Shown here: piece by piece, positions 41,297 through 50,614 of the stretch | Layout: each line of letters opens with the position of its first letter | How positions within the stretch are numbered: position 1 is the stretch's first letter | Assembly: GCA_963775465.1 (NCBI GenBank) | Contig: CAVZIW010000006.1 | Coordinates: 160,001-224,000 of the forward strand | Source of the DNA: Candidatus Bathyarchaeota archaeon | GTDB taxonomy: Archaea > Thermoproteota > Bathyarchaeia > Bathyarchaeales > Bathycorpusculaceae | Direction of reading: 5' to 3' | DNA length: 64,000 nucleotides | Notes under the pieces: model-generated | The model's input: only the letters and a program-made list of their open reading frames with translations | Told to the model about the DNA's origin: nothing | Databases searched by the model: none | Translations under genes and position numbers: made by a program

Positions 41297-41514
41297 TTGG
41301 AACGTGATGAGGCATTAGCTTGCTTAGGGAACTGGGAAGTTTAGGGTTAGTTGTTCCTTCGATGGTATCTTTAGAGAAAAACCGCTCTGGCAGATTTAGT
41401 TTGGTTTTTAAGGATCATTGCGATTCACAAGCCATGGAACAATTTGTAGCCAAAAAGCACTTAGCTATAATTATGGATAGTCTAAGTGGATTGTGCAAAA
41501 TCTACAAGCCCTAA
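41297..41514 (+). CDS. Small protein, paralog of 54442..54654; 1-nt frameshift near 41320
   Basis: (M)ERDEALA/LLRELGSLGLVVPSMVSLEK...IYKP versus (M)NRKEAVALFTELVANGFVLPNLVSIEQ...IYKP. Confidence 0.6.
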
Positions 41515-41554
41515 GAGCTTTCGTGTATTTAAGACAAAAGAGAAGTCGGAACCC

Positions 41555-42408
41555 ATGAATAGAACGGCGCTAGCATTAGTACTTATCTTGGACTGCTAAT
41601 TTCAACGTTAGGGGGAACCTCGTTTGTTAAGGCAGCATGTGCAAATTCTGAGGGGTCATTTCCAATTCTTGCCATGCCCATAGAATACGTCAACTATACT
41701 ATTACAGCCATTAATGGGTCCTTGTGGGCGATGGTTGAAGGAGACTACCCAATTTTCATTTCAAACCAGCCTGATTACGGTTTTGTAGAAGAATTGCCTA
41801 TGGTTTACCCGATGCCTCCTAACACAACAAACATCCACGTTTACTTAGCGGATAAGGAGTTAAGCTGGACCAACTACACCCAAACCTACCCCGACAAACT
41901 GCATCACACTGCCCTCGGAGATTGGTGGATGATACACAGCATTCTTGGCAACGTTTCAGGTTTTTTTGAGCTTAAAATCCACTATGAACATCCACTTCAA
42001 ACTGTCAATGGAAACTACATGTTCCTCTATGACTTAAACATCAATCCATATTTGTCACCGCAAAATACCAACTCAACATGCATCTATACGATACATGTCG
42101 ATGCAAACATTACAGGCTTTCAAGCCTACACATCGGAAACGGATGTTAAATGGAATCCTATAGACTATACAACCATAAGAGAAGATACTAAACAGACGGT
42201 CTTCATCCGTGAGTATTCAGAGTACGACAAGCCTTTGTTGGGCGATTTGGTGATTGAATTTTCATCTGGGTCATCTTCAAAAACGCCTCTGTCAAATCAA
42301 GAGACCTTTCATACTGCGACTATTGCTCTTGTTTTAGGAGTCTCAGCAATGGTTTCAGGTGTGGGTCTACTACTCTTCTTAAAGAAAAGCAAACACACAG
42401 TTGCTTAA
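41555..42408 (+). CDS. Secreted TM-anchored protein; signal peptide out of frame by a 1-nt deletion near 41589
   Basis: ATG 41555 'MNRTALALVLI' continues as 'GLLISTLGG...ANSEGSFPILAM' in the frame of 41674..42408. Confidence 0.65.
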
Positions 42409-42493
42409 TCAAGAATGCATAACTAAATAGCAATTGGCAGATACTGCAAAAACTATTATTACCAAAATATCAAATTAACTATCGAATGCTAAA

Positions 42494-43309
42494 ATGAAGA
42501 AAACAATCTTAGCACTCACGATAGTTGCTATGCTCTTTATTTCATTAGCTCTTGAAGTGCATTTAATCAACACAGCGAAAGCAAATCCCATAAGTGTACC
42601 TCAAGTGCCTACCATTCAGATCAGTTACCCACTGACATCGATGGGCGGGTATGTCAATAGCACTGTTGAATTCAGTATTTACGTCAACATGTTCATTGAA
42701 TCTCCAACTCTAACCAGTATATCTTATAGCTTAGATGGAGTGGCACCTGTAAATCTTGAAGACCTGAAAGTCACCAATACCCATGATTATGGACCAGACA
42801 AAATTGACTTCAAAACATACAAAGCCAACATCATTTTAAAAGACCTATCTGAAGGCAACCACACAATAGTCGCCAACGCTGGCGACATGTCTGCTTTAAA
42901 AAGTTTCATAGTAAACTCATATTATCATTTAACCGAACTAAATGTTCTCTCTCCAAATAACCAAATTTATTCCAGCAATATAGTACCTTTGACGTTTGGT
43001 TTTACTGGAGAAATAGAGAATGCACATTACTACTTGTATAGAGGTCATGAAACAGTTGCTGAAAAATCCCTTACTGGAAACATGACTTTAGACAACCTCC
43101 CAGATGGAAGCTACGATTTGTATCTTTTTGTTACAACACAGTATGGACAGGATTCAAAAGCCATACATTTCTACGTAATTGGATTACCCATCATTGTCGG
43201 TGCAACTGGTCTATCGGCATTTTTCATTGCCATTGGATTATTGGTCTACCTTAAAAGACGAAGAAAGCAAGCACCTTTAGATTCTACGCTGCAACCGGCA
43301 AGAGAATGA
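42494..43309 (+). CDS. Cell-surface Ig-like protein with TM anchor
   Basis: Signal peptide ending 'AKANP', 'YSLDG', 'LSEGNHTI', 'GLLVYLKRR'. Confidence 0.8.
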   Translation: MKKTILALTIVAMLFISLALEVHLINTAKANPISVPQVPTIQISYPLTSMGGYVNSTVEFSIYVNMFIESPTLTSISYSLDGVAPVNLEDLKVTNTHDYGPDKIDFKTYKANIILKDLSEGNHTIVANAGDMSALKSFIVNSYYHLTELNVLSPNNQIYSSNIVPLTFGFTGEIENAHYYLYRGHETVAEKSLTGNMTLDNLPDGSYDLYLFVTTQYGQDSKAIHFYVIGLPIIVGATGLSAFFIAIGLLVYLKRRRKQAPLDSTLQPARE

Positions 43310-43442
43310 CAGACTGCTTTTCTTCACATTACCAAACCTTATGTTTTGTTCTTTTTAGAGTTAAATTCTATTTGGAAGATTTACGCAGCGTAGCTTTTTA
43401 TAGGCAAACGCAAATAGAACAGCCAAGCAAGGTGCAAAAAAA

Positions 43443-44495
43443 GTGCCCAAAGTTAAAGTTGCATTAATCGGCGTTGGAAACTGCGCCTCATCATTCATAC
43501 AAGGCATCCAATACTACAATAAATTCCAAAAACCAGAAGACTGCATTGGACTACGTAACCCCACACTGGCGGGACTAAACCCCAAAGACATCCAGATTGT
43601 TGCAGCCTTCGACGTTGACGAACGCAAAGTTGGATTAGATCTATCCGAAGCCATTTTTGCCCAACCCAACAATGCTCCAAAAGTGTGCGATGTACCAACA
43701 ATGGGGGTTACAGTCAGCAAGGGACCGCTCCTTGACGGGGTTGGAGATTCAACTAAAGCCATAGTCCAAATAAGCAAAGAATCTGATGCAAACACAGCTA
43801 ATGTGCTAAAAGAATCAGGTACAGAAATCCTGATTAATTTGCTTCCCAGCGGAGCAGCAAAAGCTACTCAATGGTACGCAGAACAAGCCCTTCTGGCTGG
43901 ATGCGCTTTTGTAAACGCTACCCCGAACTTTATTGCCAGTGACCCTGCATGGGCCAAAAAATTCGAAGCTTCAAATCTTCCACTTGTCGGAGACGATTTA
44001 GTTGACCAAGTCGGCTCAACCGCGCTTCACAAGACCCTTCTTAAACTCCTATCAGATAACGGCGTAAAAATTAACGAAACCTACCAGCTTGACGTGGGGG
44101 GAGGAACCGAATCAGTAGACACAATGGACCGGACACGCGACGCTAAACGCACAATCAAAACAGAATCAGTTGCCTCAGCAATACCCTATAAAACCGAAAT
44201 CGTCGCAGGCTCAACCGACTATGTGGATTTTCTGCAGAACAAACGTGATAGCTATTTCTGGATAAGCGGCGTTTACTTCTGCAACACACCTATGAAAATC
44301 GACCTAAAATTCCAAACGACCGATGCTCCAAATGCCGGCAGCGTACTCTTTGATGTTGTCAGAGCAGTAAAAGTTGCCTTAAACAAGAAACTTTCTGGGG
44401 CAGTTGAACCAGTTTGTGCTTATGGGTTTAAGCGCCCACCCAAAATGATGACGCTTGAAGCAGCCGAAGAGCAATTCAAAAAATTTGTAGGTTAA
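43443..44495 (+). CDS. ino1: Myo-inositol-1-phosphate synthase
   Basis: 'GVGNCASS', 'AAFDVD..KVG.DL', 'VGDD..DQVG', 'YQLDVGG', 'DAPNAG'. Confidence 0.9.
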   Translation: MPKVKVALIGVGNCASSFIQGIQYYNKFQKPEDCIGLRNPTLAGLNPKDIQIVAAFDVDERKVGLDLSEAIFAQPNNAPKVCDVPTMGVTVSKGPLLDGVGDSTKAIVQISKESDANTANVLKESGTEILINLLPSGAAKATQWYAEQALLAGCAFVNATPNFIASDPAWAKKFEASNLPLVGDDLVDQVGSTALHKTLLKLLSDNGVKINETYQLDVGGGTESVDTMDRTRDAKRTIKTESVASAIPYKTEIVAGSTDYVDFLQNKRDSYFWISGVYFCNTPMKIDLKFQTTDAPNAGSVLFDVVRAVKVALNKKLSGAVEPVCAYGFKRPPKMMTLEAAEEQFKKFVG

Positions 44496-45598
44496 GCTAG
44501 ATTTTCTAGCTCTTCTATTATTTTATCTCTTACCCCGTTTTCTTGCAGGGCACCTTTTAACAGGTTGATGGTTTTTACTGGTGTTGGGTCTGCTCCTCGC
44601 AGTACTGCCAAGTAAACGCTGGTAAAGTCACCTACAAGGATGGTGGATAACATTTTTGCTAAGGTGCTTTTACCCTGAACTTTTAACTCAAACATGATTA
44701 GTCCCTTTTGTTCCATAATCTGTTCGGTTATTTCTATTCGACTGCTGATTTCGATGGGTTCGTTTTCGAAGTCACGGATGAAAATTACCGAGAAATATTT
44801 GCATTGTTCACCTCTGCCTTCCCAACCAACAACCTCGTTATGGTCTAATTCGGGGAAAAATTCCCATTTTGACGCAGATTTACTATTCTCATTGAATTGC
44901 TGCTTAAACCGTTGGGCAACACTGCGATAAAACCCAAACCCATAGATTGTAGGAGCTGTGTCACCGATGTGTGTAGCTACTGTTTTAGCAAAATTGTCTC
45001 TAGTTGGAGTTTCAGGACTATTTTCTTGGCTGATTTTCTCCAACAAAGGTATTGATTCATCAAGCTCTTTAAATACTCCTTTAACTAAGCCAACTTTCTC
45101 CAGTAAAAACAACAGCGGAACAAGCATATAGGGCAACGCTGCACGCGGAGGCATACCTCCAGGAACCTGAAGATATGGAACTTTGTGCTTTTTGGCGTAT
45201 TTTATTAGCGCACCGCCGCTGCTTATGCAGAAAATCATGCATTTCCGTTTTAAAGCATCAAGAAAACTGCTCAGTGTTTCTTCGGTGTCGCCTGAATAAC
45301 TGTTTATAATGGCGAGAGTTTTTTTGTCAGCATATTTTGGCAGGCTGTATTCACGGCTAACTTCAATGGGGATGGTCAGCTGGTTTTTTGCCCAGTCTGT
45401 TAGCAAATCACCACCGATGGCTGAACCACCCATCCCAGCAACAACAATGTTAGTAGGCTTCTGATAGTTTACTGTGATTTTCTGGGCAACTTTGAATGCC
45501 TCTCGATAATGGTTAGCAGCATTAATAGCGAAGTTTAGCATGCCGCTTTTGTCTATAAGTTTTATTTTTTCAAAATCGTCTAAAATGGGCGTTACCAC
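44492..45598 (-). CDS. Bifunctional phosphoglucose/phosphomannose isomerase
   Basis: 'GMGGSAIGG', 'SYSGDTEET', 'PRAA', 'QFNENSK', 'PELDHNE'. Confidence 0.92.
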   Translation of the reverse strand: MVTPILDDFEKIKLIDKSGMLNFAINAANHYREAFKVAQKITVNYQKPTNIVVAGMGGSAIGGDLLTDWAKNQLTIPIEVSREYSLPKYADKKTLAIINSYSGDTEETLSSFLDALKRKCMIFCISSGGALIKYAKKHKVPYLQVPGGMPPRAALPYMLVPLLFLLEKVGLVKGVFKELDESIPLLEKISQENSPETPTRDNFAKTVATHIGDTAPTIYGFGFYRSVAQRFKQQFNENSKSASKWEFFPELDHNEVVGWEGRGEQCKYFSVIFIRDFENEPIEISSRIEITEQIMEQKGLIMFELKVQGKSTLAKMLSTILVGDFTSVYLAVLRGADPTPVKTINLLKGALQENGVRDKIIEELENLA

Positions 45599-45688
45599 GT
45601 CTTGAATCCTCCGAATAACACGCAGTTTTATATCTTAATTCTGCCTTTTAAGCACCACGTAAACGATACCTCGTCATGGTTGAATTGT

Positions 45689-46543
45689 ATGGGTAAAAAG
45701 CGACTTTCAATTGCGATTCCTGCATCAATAATTTCTGATACCCCGCACCTGCGTGAAAAAACCTCAAAAATCGGTTTAATAGGTAGATCCGCCGCAATTT
45801 TTCGAGTGGAACAAATAATAATCTACGCGGACGTCGTCAAATTAGACCAACGGCAAGACATGGCTCTTATCGCGCTGCTACTCAACTATTTGGAAACTCC
45901 TCAATACTTAAGAAAAGCACTTTTCAAAATCGAGCCCGACCTCCAATACGCCGGAATCTTACCGCCCCTACGTTCCCCTCATCATCCTACAAGCGGTAAA
46001 ACTAAACACCTAAAAGTAGGTGAATACCGTGAAGGCCTAATTCTATCCGAAATTAAAACAGGGTTACTTGTTGATATTGGAGTTCAGCAACCAGCACTTT
46101 TAAGACAAAAACAATTCAGTGTCGGCGACCGTTTAACTACCCAAGTCGTTAATCTAGACAAAAAAGTGGAAGTTCAAGCCGTAAACCGAGAGAAAGTCCC
46201 ACTTTACTGGGGGTATAGGGTTTGCGTCGAAAAACAACCGTTTGGCAAAATAATCAAAAATTCAGGTTTTGACTTAAAAATTGCCACCGCCAGAATAGGC
46301 GACAACTTTGTTGACGTTTCCAAAGCACTGGCGAACAAATGGGCTGGTGCTCAAAATATATTAGTTGCTTTTGGAGCTCCAGCACGTGGGTTACATGAGA
46401 TTGCTGAAGATGAAGGCTTAAAGTTGCAAGATGTCGTGGATTTCACAGTAAACACTATTCCGAGGCAGGGAACCGCCACAGTCCGAGCCGAAGAAGCACT
46501 CTTAGCCTCATTGGCCATTCTTAACATCTTTTTCAACTACTAA
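45689..46543 (+). CDS. SPOUT RNA methyltransferase (DUF171/MTH1 family)
   Basis: 'IGRSAAIFRV', 'ETPQYLRK', 'PLRSPHH', 'NTIPRQGTATVRAEEA'. Confidence 0.9.
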   Translation: MGKKRLSIAIPASIISDTPHLREKTSKIGLIGRSAAIFRVEQIIIYADVVKLDQRQDMALIALLLNYLETPQYLRKALFKIEPDLQYAGILPPLRSPHHPTSGKTKHLKVGEYREGLILSEIKTGLLVDIGVQQPALLRQKQFSVGDRLTTQVVNLDKKVEVQAVNREKVPLYWGYRVCVEKQPFGKIIKNSGFDLKIATARIGDNFVDVSKALANKWAGAQNILVAFGAPARGLHEIAEDEGLKLQDVVDFTVNTIPRQGTATVRAEEALLASLAILNIFFNY

Positions 46544-46609
46544 TTTTGTTGCTTTTTTGGTAAAGTTTTGGCTAAAAAGATAAATGCTTCTTTAAATATT
46601 GTGAAGTCT

Positions 46610-47770
46610 ATGCCGTCTCCTACACTAGACCTTGCAATGCCTATAGCATTGTTCCTTGTAGTCACAATAGCACTCCTACTCGACAAGCGAGTTAAGGGAA
46701 AATTAATGGCGACGGTTGAACAGAAAGAGTTCAAGACAAAAGACATTGTTCTACTCATAATCTTCATGACGATCGTCATTACCGTAATCGCATATACCTC
46801 GGTTATCGCGCCAGAACAAATTTTCCAAAGACTATTCCTACTCATATTCTTAGGATCATATACAACGCTGCTCTTCACCTTCTCCTACATATTCTCCAAA
46901 GTTGCTAAGAAAAGAGCAGAACTAATCTCAGCAGGCTTTGGCTCGATAGGAGTAATCGCTGGGCTAACAAGTCTTTTGGGTTCTCTATCTGACAGCTTTA
47001 CTATTTACAGGGCAATCGCGTTCTTTGGTTTAGCAATCTTTTGCTTCGGAACAATAATCTTCGAACACAGAAACCAAATCTCCAAATCACGCTGGTACCT
47101 GGCAGTACAGCCCGCTGCAATGTTTCTGCTTCTAATGATTTTCTTTAACGTGGTCTACGGTGGTGCAGTCCAAGTTTGGTATCCACTCCTAATGGATGTC
47201 TTTGGATTCACGTTTGCGATTCTAATAATTCTCTATCTTAGCTCTCTTTTCAGTTGGAAAACCGTCGGTCTCTTCGCCGTGCTCCTAACCGTAATGGACA
47301 TTATATTAGTCATAGGCACAGGTACGATGGTTCAAGCTGCAACACAATTCACCGGATTGGGGCTGCCTGTTCTTGTATACTTGCCGAATGTTCCGCTCAT
47401 ACCTGCAGTCCCAGGATACATAAATTTCTTCGGATTTGCGCCTCGAGGGTTAGGTCTTGGCGACTTCTTTTTTGCAGGAGTCCTCGCTGTTCAAACATTC
47501 AACAAATTCGGCAAAAAATCTGCGTTTATATCCTTAGCGGCTATGGCTGTTGCCTTTGGAATCTGGGAAGCTTTCCTGCCGAACATTTTAGCTTGGCTTT
47601 CACCCATTGTTGGACGCGATATCGGAGGTTTTCCGGGAACCCTTATGATAATCAGCGGTTGGGCGCCTATCGTTATCTGGAAAGTACTGAGCGAACGAAA
47701 CAAAACTAAAACTCCCGTAGTCAACAACTCTGTTGAGGTTCCAAAAGAACAAAACTTGCCAATACAATAA
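46610..47770 (+). CDS. Presenilin/signal peptide peptidase family GxGD aspartyl protease
   Basis: Multi-TM; 'MDIILV' Asp, 'GLGLGDF', PAL-like 'FPGTL'. Confidence 0.8.
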   Translation: MPSPTLDLAMPIALFLVVTIALLLDKRVKGKLMATVEQKEFKTKDIVLLIIFMTIVITVIAYTSVIAPEQIFQRLFLLIFLGSYTTLLFTFSYIFSKVAKKRAELISAGFGSIGVIAGLTSLLGSLSDSFTIYRAIAFFGLAIFCFGTIIFEHRNQISKSRWYLAVQPAAMFLLLMIFFNVVYGGAVQVWYPLLMDVFGFTFAILIILYLSSLFSWKTVGLFAVLLTVMDIILVIGTGTMVQAATQFTGLGLPVLVYLPNVPLIPAVPGYINFFGFAPRGLGLGDFFFAGVLAVQTFNKFGKKSAFISLAAMAVAFGIWEAFLPNILAWLSPIVGRDIGGFPGTLMIISGWAPIVIWKVLSERNKTKTPVVNNSVEVPKEQNLPIQ

Positions 47771-47857
47771 TGTATTTTTGCTATTTACTGTTATTTCTGA
47801 AAATTTGAATTAAAATAAGTATGGAAAAAATTGGTTAAAAATAAGAAAAGAGGCTTT

Positions 47858-48172
47858 TTACCCGAAGAGGGCGCCTAATCCTTCTAGTGCTGCTTCTTCC
47901 TTGGCTTTTTCTTCTTCAACTTTCTTCTTCTTGTCTTCTGGAGCTGCTGCTGGTTTTGTTTCTGCTGGAGCTGCGGCTGGAGCTGCGGCCATCATGGTTG
48001 GTGCTGCCTTGATTGCTTCATCAATGTTTACTTCACTAAGTGACGCAACTAGAGCTTTAACTTGAACAGCGTCGACTGTGAGGCCTGCTGCTTCAAGAAC
48101 TTTTGTTACTGATTCTTCGTTGATTTCTTTATCTGCCTTGTGAAGGAGCATTGCTGCGTATATATTTTCCAT
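47858..48172 (-). CDS. rpl12: 50S ribosomal stalk protein P1/L12
   Basis: 'MENIYAAMLLH', Ala-rich hinge, 'EGLGALFG'. Confidence 0.97.
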   Translation of the reverse strand: MENIYAAMLLHKADKEINEESVTKVLEAAGLTVDAVQVKALVASLSEVNIDEAIKAAPTMMAAAPAAAPAETKPAAAPEDKKKKVEEEKAKEEAALEGLGALFG

Positions 48173-48437
48173 ACCTTTTCACCTCTTCGTTCGAGTATTT
48201 TAACCTTTTCAGTTCACACAACTCAGCTTTTTAAGCTGATGTTCATGTTTTACTGTGAGCTTAATTGCTATGACCGTTAGGAGAAATGCCCAATTGCTTA
48301 AGAACTTTTCGCACATGGTTTTAGCAAGTGATAATAATACATTTTCATTTCGATATATCAAATAAAAATGAAAAGGGTTCAACAAGACTTATCTTTTGGG
48401 GCACTTACAATGAGAAGGTTTCAAAGGTCATGATGGT

Positions 48438-49397
48438 ATGGGCAATATAACAGTAGCAATCCTTGGGGCTCTCAATTACGGAGATAGCCTTGCAAAAAAA
48501 GGAACATCTACAGACATAACTCTATATAACCTAAAAAAAGGGGAAGACACCGTTACCCTAATTGAACCCACTCGTTATCCTGAACGTTTAGCTCCCCTAT
48601 TCTATGCATGCGCTCTATCAAAAATGGCAATAGTTGTGGTAGATGAGTTAAACGCAGCATTCGGCGAGCAACTGGTTATGCTTCAATGCTCCAACATTAA
48701 TAGCGGCTACATAATACTGCGCAACTACGTACCTAAAGAAAAAATCCAACAGCTAATAAAGGGTACGAATCTGGAAAACTTTGAATTCTTAGCCGACGAC
48801 CCAAATTTGGTTCGAGAAAAACTATTGTCAGAGGTCTCAAAGCAAAAACCTGTTGAAATGCAAAAATCTGTTGGCTCAGTGCCCGTTGACCATAGCTTCA
48901 ACGTTAAAGGCGTAGGAGTTGTGGTCTTAGGCATCGTTGCAGATGGCGTAATCCAAAAACATGCTTCCCTTAAAGTCTTGCCCACCGACAAAACAACTCA
49001 AGTGCGTTCGATACAAAAACATGATGACGAATTCGATGTTGCAAGCGAAGGCGACAGAGTTGGTCTAGCACTCAAAAACATAGAAGTCGAAAATCTAGAC
49101 CGCGGAACCGTCTTAACAAATGATCCATCAATTAAAACTTCCAACAAAATAGAAACTCAAGCCACTCTGGTTAAGTATTGGCAAACACCAATAAAGCAAG
49201 GAATGGTCATGCACATTGGGCATTGGACACAATTCATAACAGCGAAAGTTGAAGCTTCTATCGACACCCCAGACCCAAAAAAACCATCCCTTGCCTTATC
49301 ACTCGATAAACCTGTTGTTTACTTACCCAATGACAAAGCAGTACTCATGTACCTCGAAGGCGCAAAACTGCGAATTGCAGGAACAATTTCATTGTAG
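48438..49397 (+). CDS. SelB-like/EF-Tu-like factor with degenerate G domain (aSelBL type)
   Basis: 'KKGTSTDITLYN', domain II 'VDHSFNVKGVGVVVLG', 'RSIQKHD', 'GDRVGLAL'; no P-loop. Confidence 0.8.
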   Translation: MGNITVAILGALNYGDSLAKKGTSTDITLYNLKKGEDTVTLIEPTRYPERLAPLFYACALSKMAIVVVDELNAAFGEQLVMLQCSNINSGYIILRNYVPKEKIQQLIKGTNLENFEFLADDPNLVREKLLSEVSKQKPVEMQKSVGSVPVDHSFNVKGVGVVVLGIVADGVIQKHASLKVLPTDKTTQVRSIQKHDDEFDVASEGDRVGLALKNIEVENLDRGTVLTNDPSIKTSNKIETQATLVKYWQTPIKQGMVMHIGHWTQFITAKVEASIDTPDPKKPSLALSLDKPVVYLPNDKAVLMYLEGAKLRIAGTISL

Positions 49398-49452
49398 ACC
49401 AATTTGGGAAAAATAATAAGTGCCTGCTCAACGAATAATTATCGATTGCTGA

Positions 49453-50544
49453 ATGAATAAAACAGCGGTATCCATTGTACCAATTTTGGTTCTTCTACTC
49501 TTAGCGACATTCATGTTTGGCGCTGCAAATTCAGCGTTAACATATCCAGTGCCAACAGGTCCTTTAACACCTCCCACCATAACCGTTGAGTCGCCAACTA
49601 GAACCACCTATGTGTCATGGTTTGTTCCGCTTCAATTTTCAGTGAACGGAAGCTGGGATGGTTATGTGAACCATCTTTCCGTCGAAGTAACTGTAGACCA
49701 AGAATCACGGTACGTACTTTTTGCTCCCCCCTTCCCAATTAAATGGATATCAAAGGACTTTTCAATGACTTTAGGTCCTCTTTCAGAAGGACCGCATACA
49801 ATAGACATCATCGCAACCGTCGGCGGCACATATCAAACAGGGACAAACACCACCGTTCTTGGAGTAGGTGACTTTACTTCAAAAGTTTCAATCGACTTTA
49901 CAGTTAACACATTGGGTCAAGCCAACATTACAATTCTTTCACCAAAAAACCAGACCTACAACTTCAACAAAGATATCCCTGTTACTTTTACCATAAACCA
50001 TAACCAATCAATCGTAAAGATGGGCTTCACTCTAGATCAACAATCAAACGTCACAATACCTAGAAACACAACACTTTATGGACCTATACCCGACGGGCTT
50101 CACAGCTTGAAGGTTTACTCGATATTTTCAGACATTCTTCCAGTTTATTCAACAATTGATTTCATAGTTGACACCACACCCCCAAATGTTTCGCTTCTTT
50201 CAATGCAAGAAGAAAAATACAACGAATCCAACATTCCCTTAATCTTCACCGTTAACGAAACAACATCCATAATCACCTATCTACTTGATGGAAAAGTTCA
50301 CACAATCGACGGAAACACAACAATGACTGTTCTCCAAAACGGAGACCACGAATTAAAACTGTACGCAACAGATGAAGCAGGAAACGCTGGATCCACAGAA
50401 ACAATTGATTTTAACGTGAAAGTGACAGTTCCACTCAATGTAGCGTTAGGCTTCTTGCCGCCCCTGGTAATTGTCCTCGCTGGTGGTTTCGGAATTCTAA
50501 TCTACTTAAGAATACGTAAACGTTCAAAACCACAAAATCATTGA
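49453..50544 (+). CDS. Cell-surface Ig-like protein with TM anchor
   Basis: Signal peptide, three Ig-like repeats ('DTTPPNVSLLS', 'GDHELKLYATDEAGN'), TM plus basic tail. Confidence 0.8.
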   Translation: MNKTAVSIVPILVLLLLATFMFGAANSALTYPVPTGPLTPPTITVESPTRTTYVSWFVPLQFSVNGSWDGYVNHLSVEVTVDQESRYVLFAPPFPIKWISKDFSMTLGPLSEGPHTIDIIATVGGTYQTGTNTTVLGVGDFTSKVSIDFTVNTLGQANITILSPKNQTYNFNKDIPVTFTINHNQSIVKMGFTLDQQSNVTIPRNTTLYGPIPDGLHSLKVYSIFSDILPVYSTIDFIVDTTPPNVSLLSMQEEKYNESNIPLIFTVNETTSIITYLLDGKVHTIDGNTTMTVLQNGDHELKLYATDEAGNAGSTETIDFNVKVTVPLNVALGFLPPLVIVLAGGFGILIYLRIRKRSKPQNH

Positions 50545-50614
50545 TCAACCCAAACAATTGCTTTTTAAAATTGTAACTACGTTAGCCTATTAAGGGTGAC
50601 CTGAACTCTTAGTT

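Noticed and set aside
30180-43309. Intact integrative element at tRNA-Ala
   Set aside because: No integrase and no duplicated tRNA end found by eye; accessory genes lie on the tRNA 5' side
48438-49397. Selenocysteine machinery
   Set aside because: No G1 motif or SelB domain IV; no in-frame TGA selenoprotein or tRNA-Sec seen
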